DNA from: Alloascoidea hylecoeti
Taxonomy: Eukaryota
Reading direction: 5' to 3'
DNA length: 64,000 bases
NCBI GenBank assembly: GCA_001600815.1
Contig: BCKZ01000014.1
Span: 496,001 to 560,000 of the forward strand
Numbering within the stretch: the first letter of the stretch is position 1; the number at the start of each line of letters is the position of its first letter. This document shows, in pieces, positions 23,715-34,706 of the stretch. The notes beneath the pieces were generated by a model. That model saw only the letters and a program-made list of their open reading frames with translations, searched no databases and was not told where the DNA came from. Made by a program: the position numbers and the translations under genes.

Positions 23715-25446
23715 TTATCCTCTAACTCTTTTCAGCCAAGCACTAATCTTTAATAAATCTTCTGTTTTAATGATCCCATTTTCAATTCTATTTAAAATAT
23801 CTAAATTATTAGTAATACCTTTGTTTTCATCATCAATATTAATTTTAATTCTTGTTTCGATAAATCTTTTATTGATTATCCGAATTTCATCATCATTAAT
23901 ATTGTTAAAATCATTTAAAACTTGAATCTTATAACACATTTTTCTATTTTGTGAAAGTCCAATTGTTATTGATATTAAATAATTATCATGTAATGAAACA
24001 TTTATCCAATTTTTAATATAATAATTATAATGTGGTGATAAAAATTCTGATATTGTAACATTTTCATTTTCAATTTCATTTTGATTATTAACAATTCCAT
24101 TTGTTGTTTTTGTATTATTATTATTACTTGTAATATTAGAAGTTGTTATTATTTCATGTTCTTGTTCTTCTTTTTCATATTTTAATTTTAATGATGATAA
24201 ATTTTCTTTAATAATACTTTTTCTTCGATTTCTATTAATATTTAAATTTCTTGTTGTTATATTATCATTTAAAATATCTTTAACATTTGAAATAATAACC
24301 GGTTCAGGTGATGTAAATTTATTTAATCTATTATTTGATTCATCAATTTCTTCATCATTATCATTATCATTATCATTATCATCATTAATATCATTTATAT
24401 TTGAAGGTAATAAACTTTTAATTAATTGTAAATAAAATATACAATTTCTTAAATTTTTTAAAATTTTAAATATATCTTTTGGTGAATTAATAATAAAATA
24501 ATTTATAATTTTAAATTTATTCTCATTTGATTGAAATTTATTTAATGTTATATTAATTGGTAAAATATCACCATTTAAATAATTTAATTTTTTTAAAAAA
24601 TTAAATGATGATGATTTTTTAAATAATATTGGATTAAATAAATTTAAAATTTCTTTTGATGTTGAATAATTTGAATCAAAAAATCCATTATTTAAAAATG
24701 CAATATTTTTAGGTAATAATATTGGTGGTGAAAGTCTTAAAATATAATTAACTTCTGGTTTTGATTTATTATTTATATTTTTATTTTTATTTTTATTTTC
24801 TTCTTCTTCTTCTTCTTCTTCTTCTTCTTCTTCTTCTTCAATTGATTTTGTTTTATCTTTATTTAATGATACTGGATCATTCCAATATTTTTGATTTATA
24901 TCACCATTTGATTCAAATTGAAAATCAGGATTAAGCCATTTATTATTAAATCTAGCAGGTTTAATATTTTTATTTTTTAATAGTATTGATGAATCTTTAT
25001 CTTGTTGTCTTACATCAAGTTTAACATAATATATTTTACCAAATAATGATTTATTATTCTCATTTTCTTCTTTATTATCATCATTTAAATTCTTTTTAAA
25101 ATTTATTGATTCATTTTTTGTTAATTTTTCAAGTATATATGGTTTCTCAATATAATATTTTATTTGTAATCCAAGTTTTTCACCTTCATTTAATTCAGGT
25201 TTTCCCCATCCTTTATTAAAAGAATATTTTAAAATATTTGAATTATTACCATTATTTTCATTATTAATTATTTTTGATAGTAAATTTTTTTGATATTTAT
25301 CATAAATCATAAATAAAGTTTTTGAAAATTCATCAATTGATTTAAATAAATCATCATTTAATGTTGAAAAACTATCAATTCTTGATAAAAATCCTAAATT
25401 TTCTTTAAATTTATAAAGTGTTTTATTTTCAATTTTTTTTGGTTGT

Positions 25447-25490
<44 letters not shown>

Positions 25491-25982
25491 TTTAATTGTT
25501 AAATTATTATTTTCTAAATCATTAATTAATACTTGTACTGCTGTTATTGGACATGATGATGATGTAAAACTATATATCTCTGATGATTCTGGATTTGATG
25601 CTAATGATATTGTTATTTTAAGTACTTGAAATGGAAGTTTATAATCAATCTGTTTTGAAAGTTAGAAAAATCACCACAAATAAAATGAGTAATAAGTAAT
25701 AAAGATAGAAAAAAAAAAAAAAAAAAAAAAAAAACTTACATCTATTAGGATTATATTACCACCTAATGATATTCTTTCAACTCCACATATAGTATCTGAG
25801 AAAACATCAAAACTATTCAAATTGTTAATTACAATAATCAATGTAAACAATTTCAAAAATACTCACGAATAAAGCTCTGCAAGCCTCCGTATTCCATTTA
25901 AATTAACAAATCCAACACTCTTGGATAATATGTTAACGATCTTATGAAGATTTTGGTACTCTTCAATATCCGCTGTTGGCAT
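23715..25982 (-). CDS. MED1: Mediator subunit Med1, 3 exons: 25982-25867, 25812-25740, 25649-23715
   Basis: Introns 25866-25813 (GTGAGT..TAG) and 25739-25650 (GTAAGT..CTAAC..CAG) give GIRRLAELYSFDVF..ERISLGGNIILIDIDY, FKENLGFLSRIDSFS and GWGKPELNEGEKLGLQIKYY, which resemble fungal Med1 motifs; poly-N and poly-E insertions. Confidence 0.78.
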
Positions 25983-26967
25983 TTTTTTATCTAAAGTTGA
26001 ACATTAATAAAATGGTGCAGTGCAATGCTTCTTATAACATATGATGATATTTACTCTTATCGGTATGATAGTTACTCAACAAAAATCATCTTTTTCAAGT
26101 AATAGATTCACAATTCGCAAAGCTTATATATTAATATATAATAGTTCACATTAATAAACCTAAAATATTTACTGATATAGTAATAAATAACATCCTAAAG
26201 GTTGTAAGAGAAGAGAATACGTATGAAAAGCAGATTTCAAAGTTCAACACAACAACAAACCCAAGATTCCTTTTGTAAAAACATGATATATGAAATAAAT
26301 AAATAAATAGAATAGTATTGTCTAAATATAGATTGGAGTGATCTCATGACGTTTGGGATGGTTTTTTACTTAATAACGAATGTTCGGTTAGAGGGTGATT
26401 AGGATCCTAATCTGGAAAAGTATAATTATGTTACGGTCACACCAAAAACTTTGAATCAACAAATATTTATATTTATATTATATGGAAGTCTGGGTATGTG
26501 AGTTTTATAGTATGGACTTAGATTTATAAACGAACGCCTGATTCACCGTAGAGTTATTTGGGGATCTTAATAGCATTGTACATAGAAAACTTCTGTTTAA
26601 GCAGGATAACAATGGATTGTTTTAAAGATATCAAAATTTCTTCATAAAAGTTTATTAAATCACAAGAATTGTGATTATGAGCTTTCCATATGTTGTTAAG
26701 ATGAATGCATATGTATTTTTCAAAATACTAACCCTATTGACTCTATTGTTCATAGGCTATGGCGGCGTAAAGGGTACACCAACACTAAGTATCAAACTTA
26801 CAATTTCTATTTACTAATATAATCTCTATAATTTTGAAAACATTATACACTATTTTAAGAATAGTTTTAAGACTTTTGTAGAATATTTGGTGGTAGTTAT
26901 AATAGTTACATTTTTATGTTGTTGATGTCCTAAGATCTATATTTACAATTTCTTCTTTTTATTTCAG

Positions 26968-27979
<1,012 letters not shown>

Positions 27980-29605
27980 CTTTTTTATTAAAAAGTAATA
28001 AATAAATGAAACTTTCAAAAGAAAAGGATAATCACTATTGGTGGAGGAGGGTAACACCACCGTTGTAGTCACGTGTGTGTGTATTTTTCAAAACGACAAG
28101 ACGGTAGCGTTTTTTGTTTATGCCATCCACTGTAGTCGGTTCTGGATTAAAGTTGTTAAATATTCTAAAAGGTATTAAACGGGTTTTAAAATTTTATATA
28201 AGGTTCCGTGAATTCTATAAATTGTATTAGTGTATTATAAAATATAAACTGAAAATTTAAAATCTAGTTAGTATTGGCGCTAAAAACGTCTATCGCTCTA
28301 CGTATAGTGGGGTTGATTATCAATGATATCCGCTAAGTCTATATTTCAGATTCCAAATGCTCTTAAATAGATTCAGGTCCCGATTGACGTTGAAAAGTTA
28401 CTTCAACGAGAAGCTAGTAGCAGATGCCAGAAGGTAAGTCTTTTAATTTATATTCCGGCTGAATTGTATGGGCTACTAATGTCATTAACAACCCATGCAA
28501 TTCAGCCAGAATATAAATTAAAAGACTCACCTTCTGATTATTTTAATTGAAATCTTTTTTTGGTTGGTCCTTTTAATCACCACAAGATATTAATAAAGTT
28601 CGGTTAGGTCTGGCAGTCGAAAAGGAGGTAGAAGTAACAGAAAGTTTGAGAAAATTTTTGATGTAAATGTAAATCTCCATAAAGTTTGTAAAAGAAACTT
28701 ACGAATCATAGTGAAAAAAATTCAAAAAACATATAAGAGGCTGATGTTGATTTATGCACTTGGATGTAAGAAACTTTATACCAATTAGCTCATACACATA
28801 TGTGTAGTATTGTGTACACTTCCACTACGTTGCTTGAAGATCTCTTAAAACCTATTCTTAGTGGAGTTCAGACTTCTGAGAAGGGAAAGTTATTAATTAC
28901 GCACAATTATCAAGAGTTAACAAAGAAACAGGTGTGTCGGAAGCTTGGAGTGAGCTCATGATCAATAGAAGAACACTCAAAATTCGCAAAACTAAAAATA
29001 AATATCGAACATATATTAGGTTAAGTAGATTTTAGTATTACTATCTATAATAATGTATATTTGTCGCTGGTTTTAATTCGCGGTTGAAATATAACAATTT
29101 GGGGTGTTCGGATAACCTTTTTCGTATTCTGCCTCTTGATGGTATATCAAGGAAGTGTTGTACACATGTTTTCACTAAGGTTTGGCTTTCCCCAAACTAC
29201 ACAGAGTCTCAGAGACCAAATCACATGATATAAATACTTTACACCTTCTCTAACCCCATATAGTCATACAGATATATCCGATCGCCTTACAACTCTCACC
29301 CCGTTGTTTCCGTAGCTCCACCCCAATAGTTTCAAAGTTTTCCTGGGATCGTACTGGAAATGCGAAATTAGACGGAGTTTAATGGAGTTTAAAATTTAGG
29401 ATGAATATTTCAACCAATTTTTATATACCATGGTACCAAAATACTATATATTTATTATCATCATAACTAATTAGAACCCAGAATTATTTATAATCTCCGG
29501 TATATATCTTAAGTGAGTAAATATAAAGAAATATAAATATTACAGTTATGCCTCCAATTAGATTCATTTTTCTATCAATTATTTGATTAAGATATAACAA
29601 CTACG

Positions 29606-30340
29606 ATGGCTTCCAATCCACCAGGAAAATGCTGCTTAGAAGGTCACTTCAAAACTGGAAACCCAATTGGTTCTGATGTTAAACTCTACGGTATACCATC
29701 TTACGCTGTTGGTGACGAGTCTTTAAAGTCTGAGAAAATCGTTATCATTTTCCCTGATGTCTTTGGTTATAAAATCACCAATGTAAGACTAATTGCAGAT
29801 CAATTTGCAAAGGCTGGTTATTATACTATAATTCCGGATATTTTAGAAGGTGATTCAATTGCTGTTTTAGATAAAGCGAACCTTCAGGGATGGCTAGCTA
29901 AGCATAATCCAGAAAAAGTTCGCAAAATTTCTGATGTTGTTATTGATGGTATAATCGGAGAACACAAACCTAAATTTATTGGTACTGTGGGTTACTGTTT
30001 CGGTGCAAAATTTGTCATTCAATATTTAGGAACTGATAAAATCCAAGCTGGAGCTGTTGCACATCCATCACTTGTTACTATTGATGAAGTAGCAGCTNTC
30101 AAANANCCATTGNTGATNAATGCGGCGGAAACAGANCANNNTTTNACNCCAGAATTGAGAGTACAAACAGAAGCTAAATTAAAGGAAATTGGAGCTAGAT
30201 ACTTTTTAACATTGGGTAGTGGAATTTCTCATGGTTTTGCAGTCCGTGGTGATGATAATGATCCAGTTGTTAAATTTGCTAAAGATAAAGCTGTTGCTGA
30301 TCAAATCACATGGTTCAACGTTTTCTCGGGGTCAGATTAG
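29606..30340 (+). CDS. AIM2: Dienelactone hydrolase family protein (Aim2-like), copy 2
   Basis: Near-identical to 11115-11846 in the opposite orientation; GYCFG and SHGFAVRGD motifs; same N-masked positions. Confidence 0.9.
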   Translation: MASNPPGKCCLEGHFKTGNPIGSDVKLYGIPSYAVGDESLKSEKIVIIFPDVFGYKITNVRLIADQFAKAGYYTIIPDILEGDSIAVLDKANLQGWLAKHNPEKVRKISDVVIDGIIGEHKPKFIGTVGYCFGAKFVIQYLGTDKIQAGAVAHPSLVTIDEVAAXKXPLXXNAAETXXXXXPELRVQTEAKLKEIGARYFLTLGSGISHGFAVRGDDNDPVVKFAKDKAVADQITWFNVFSGSD

Positions 30341-31110
30341 AAGATATAAAATATTAATGATATATGATCATGAAATTCTGTTGCATTAGTATAGCCATAT
30401 ATATCTATACAAATTATATAGGTAAAAATATAGATACAGATATACTGTCACGATCAGACCTAGACTAAGGTTCCGATTGAGTAGGTTTAATGGATCGAGC
30501 AGTCGAAAACTGTTTAAATCTCAACCGCGGATTGAAAATCTCCCAACAAATAAATTATTAGAGTATGAGCCTGTTTCTCTTTTTAGAGTCCTTGTACATA
30601 AATGGGCAGGTTATGATTTGGGTGGCTGTAAAAAGGGGAAGAACTTTTGAGTTGCAACTTTTTCGTGTTTTGGCGTTTGTCCCACAAACTTTAAGCCTAA
30701 TAAATTCTCATTTTCACCATGGCGCTTTATTTAAAGAAACATCAGACTATTATATGAACTTAGAGGTATCATATTATGCCCATATCCTCTTTAATAGTTT
30801 TATAATCTATAATATTAGCTGATTAATAATAATAATATCCAGAATATGTGATTGTGTACGATTCTTATGCTTTTAACAACCAACCAATCAAGATCTTAAT
30901 CACATGGACTAAAAATAAAAACTCTTCATATGCCAAATAGTTGGTCCAAGAAGATATATTTGATAAAAAAACAAAATATTTTTACATGTATTCAGGGTAG
31001 TAGTGGTATTACACAAACACCCGCTCCCTGATCATGTAAGGCTATTTTAATTTTCTAGATCTTCTTCTACTTGTACATGTAACAATAAGTCTACTAACCG
31101 TAATTACAAC

Positions 31111-32097
31111 ATGCTCAAGAAATGGTTTCTCTACCGCAGTATTATCACACTTTTTCTACTCCTCTCCATGATGCTTGGAGCACCATGTGTTTTCGGTGCT
31201 GAATTTTTTAACATTAAACGTGGGTTGAAAATCCCCAAAGATATGCTGTCTTATGAAGGTTACACTCATTTAAACGTACCTCAAGCCGAGTTTACGGTCA
31301 ATGGATATCATTTACACTTTCAGGATCCGCTTAATTTAGAAACCACCAAAGAAATAAATATTTTGGTTCCATCCAATACTCGCATTGTTCTTCTTTTTCG
31401 TGAAAATGACGGCATATATGAAAATCTCATCAAATATCATAACCCAAGTTTCAACAATGGTGACATTCAGCGTTTAATCAATACCCCCTTCCACATCATT
31501 GATTACTATTTATTGGTTCATGAAAAGGATACAAATATACCTAAAGATGTGTTTGATCATTCAAATTCTAAAGAAGCTGGAGCAAACCTACTAGTGATGT
31601 TAGAAGAGGCTTCTATTAAAGATGCTCAAGCGTTAAGATCATTTACGGTTTTAAAAGATCTCTGTCAATACAAATCAATGAAAAAATTAACATATCTATT
31701 GGATGTTAGGAGTGAAAATGTTCATACGTGCTCTGATGGGTCATTAAGGCTAATGAAACGAATTCACGCAAAAAGATTGAAAAAAGTTGTAAACTCAAAT
31801 AAAAAAGTACGAGATACAGTGAGTAAGGATAAAACCAAACAATATCCAGTGATGACTGAAGATTCCAAGGAGTTTAGGAAATACCTTAAAGCTACAAAAA
31901 AATATACAGACTCAATTTCCAAAAAATTGGTAAAGAAAGGAACAATGAAGGATAAGGTGCTTAATAGTGAAATACTTTTTAAATTGAAAAAAGGAGGCTC
32001 AGATGATTTTGCTATTGTACATAATGTTGTTTCAAAGCATAAACTTAGATTAATAGGAGGTCAGTACTTGAAAAGAAGAAAAATTAAGGTGAATTAA
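31111..32097 (+). CDS. Uncharacterised 328-aa protein with an N-terminal signal/membrane segment and Lys-rich C-terminus
   Basis: ATG-initiated 987-bp ORF; MLKKWF..IITLFLLLSMMLGAPCVFG hydrophobic leader; no family recognised. Confidence 0.65.
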   Translation: MLKKWFLYRSIITLFLLLSMMLGAPCVFGAEFFNIKRGLKIPKDMLSYEGYTHLNVPQAEFTVNGYHLHFQDPLNLETTKEINILVPSNTRIVLLFRENDGIYENLIKYHNPSFNNGDIQRLINTPFHIIDYYLLVHEKDTNIPKDVFDHSNSKEAGANLLVMLEEASIKDAQALRSFTVLKDLCQYKSMKKLTYLLDVRSENVHTCSDGSLRLMKRIHAKRLKKVVNSNKKVRDTVSKDKTKQYPVMTEDSKEFRKYLKATKKYTDSISKKLVKKGTMKDKVLNSEILFKLKKGGSDDFAIVHNVVSKHKLRLIGGQYLKRRKIKVN

Positions 32098-33499
32098 TAA
32101 ATCAAATAATTCAGGTAATGTTAAGGCATCCTCAACGAATATTGCAGTACAATTCTCTTGAACTTTTACAATATAGGTATTAAGCTATTCAACAATTATT
32201 GCAAAGAAACTCAAGGATCTCACTAGTTGGAGATTAACAAAAAAGTACAAATGAACTATCAATGATGGAAGTATATCGATGTTAAAATAATTTTTTAGTA
32301 GAATTATCTCCTGGTCTATGATTTATCATATATTCCATAGCGCTAGTTAAAAATAATAGAATTGAAAGTTGTTTATATAGCCTACATGTCCCTTGTTTTG
32401 AAATCATCTTTCATTTTAAAGCCAAAACCTAACAAATTAATATGACATATGGTTAAACGGATAACACAAGGATATATTAAGGGTCTTGGTCTAAGAATTT
32501 GACACAACAATTTCTAGACTTTTGATAATATGATGAATTCTCTTCTATGCACAAGGTTATAATAACAGTCTTCTCAACTTTAATTTATCTGCAGTAAGTT
32601 AAATAATAAATAGGAAATTCCAAGAATGGTAATTTTGGAAGAAGTAGTATAACTATGGCTGCCCCTCGTTTATATTATGGCATCATGAAATCTTCCTTTC
32701 CTCTTCATTTCCCCCATTTCCTTGAAATTGAAATTGTCACCCTCAACCAGAAGATTTAGGATATATGTATTATGTATAATGAAGTATTTTATTTAATCCA
32801 AGGTAACAATGATATGCTGCTATATAATTATAGCCCATGCATATACAGGATACCTAATTTTTATAAAGATTATTACGTTTCAGTAATCAGAACGAAAATG
32901 TTAACTTCATTCACGTTAAAGTTGTTTTTCCGAATATTGATTGTAATTCTAGGAAACATCAACTTGGAATAGAAAATACCTTCAGAATGGATGGTGAATT
33001 AGAGGAATGTTGTTTTTATTCGCCTGAGCTGGAGATTTCATCTCTTAAAAGATAATAGATTTGAGGCTTACAAATGTATCTATCCTACAAGCTTTTAACT
33101 ACAATTAGAACATAAATGTATCACCTTGAAAAATAAGTATTTTAACGTAAGCTTCTTTCGGTTTTCTCTACTCCCTCAAAAATTTATAACTATAAAACAT
33201 TAACTCAATTGAACAAGTTTAAAGAAAGAATTCTGATGAGTACCCATAAGCGCTTCATCTTGGCCGAAAAGATAAGAATGTATTAGTATGAGTATGAGAA
33301 GCAATTTTTGGCTTTCCAATCGTAACGTTTCACAAAAGTTAAACGCATTCTACACTTTCTTTTTCAAGCGAATGAAAGGAAAAATCCCCTCCATTCTGAA
33401 TACCAAAACTGAAACCCAGGAAGGAAAGAAAATAAATACATCTAGATCCACACGGTATTTCACACGTTTGATGTTTTCTAGTAGCTACCATTAGTTTCT

Positions 33500-33935
33500 G
33501 TTGGTAAATATCGCGAAACTTTTTACAACAGTGACCAGTGACCAGATGCAATGCCGACAAGTGCCTCGCCTCATCGAAAACTCTGCCGGGATTTTGAGAG
33601 ACAAGATAATCTTAATGCAGGATTATGCTCCCATTCATTCACAAAGCTGGTGTTACATCATGCCATGTTTTGAAGGGGAGGGAATTTAAATGATGGAGTA
33701 GCCTGCATATAGTCCGGTTCTGAACCCAACTGAGAAGGTGTGGAGATGAATCATCAACAAAAAGGAACTAGTCCTTATAAAACTACGGAGAGGCACAGAA
33801 AAGAAGATGGATCAACCTTGGAAACACAAAAGAAGGTCTCTCGACAGTATAGAGCCAAATTTCTACTTCAATATTATATCTCGAATACCGAAGGTGGTGA
33901 ATGAACCATTGAAAGCCGGCGCAGTAATAATATTT
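33500..33935 (+). mobile_element. Degenerate Tc1/IS630-type DDE transposase (pseudogene)
   Basis: In-frame reading ILMQDYAPIHS..FEGEGI*MME*PAYSPVLNPTEKVWR* matches the Tc1 consensus QDNAPxH..WPxxSPDLNPIExVW; a downstream segment SLDSIEPNFYFNIISRIPKVV..KAG resembles the Tc1 C-terminus; several stops. Element boundaries and TIRs not found. Confidence 0.85.
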
Positions 33936-34089
33936 ATCTTAATATGCTGCAAATGACATGATTAGATAGAGGAGAGATCTGGGCCTTTCCTTTCTTCCAT
34001 ATAAAGAACCTTTCTAAGTTAATAATGCTGCCAGCGTAAGGATCGTTTTAGTGGTTAACACTGGTTACCGCTTAAGATTGATTACCAAT

Positions 34090-34377
34090 TTACCACACTT
34101 TTGAATAAATGCATGCTTTTCGTCCATAATCAGATTTCCCTCCCACTAGTAAACCGGTATGCCTGTTCTTCGCGCATATTTGGGAAGTAGAAACTGCCAA
34201 GTTTGGATTATTCAACAGTTTCCTTGTGTCTAACTTATAACATTGAAGCATTTCATGACCAGATTTTCCGCAGAAATCACAATTATTCATACTTTCTACT
34301 TTAAAATTTTACTTAGTTTTTCGATACCTTCTCCCTAATCGATAGATATTTTGAAATGGTTTTTGATTTGTTGTCAT
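34090..34377 (-). mobile_element. Retrotransposon Gag relic with a CCHC zinc knuckle
   Basis: CDFCGKSGHEMLQC fits CX2CX4HX4C; it is preceded in frame by a basic segment broken by a TAA and lies next to an LTR-like element. Confidence 0.65.
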
Positions 34378-34444
34378 TAATTAAGGTAACATTAGATCGG
34401 CTTGCTAGTGTGATCTGCCGCTGAATTAATATATACTATTTGGA

Positions 34445-34691
34445 TGTTACGAATGTTGAAACACAGTTTCTCGCTCTACCAAGAGCCTATAATCCTCATA
34501 AGTATTACAAGAAATAGAATGACAAACAAGCCTCTTGATAATGAGCTTGACCCAGAGCATAAGTATACATATAGCGATTATAAAGAGTCATATTTCAACT
34601 TGAGTTTTGTGACCAAACAATCACAAGTTCCCTAAGCTTAGTCATAAGTTAATTATAAGCAATAGCAGCTTATAATTTGTAATTGATAACA
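34445..34691 (-). mobile_element. LTR-like element (247 bp)
   Basis: Bounded by TGTTA...TAACA inverted termini (TG..CA), typical yeast LTR length, adjacent to the Gag relic; no target-site duplication or PBS seen. Confidence 0.55.
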
Positions 34692-34706
34692 ATTTCATAA
34701 ATATAT

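Noticed and set aside
30446..30880. Possible LTR starting TGTCACGA downstream of AIM2 copy 2
   Set aside because: No matching inverted 3' terminus or target-site duplication found.
33690..33750. RIP-like mutation of the Tc1 relic (TGG to TAG)
   Set aside because: Only one or two informative changes and no consensus to compare with; ordinary decay explains it.
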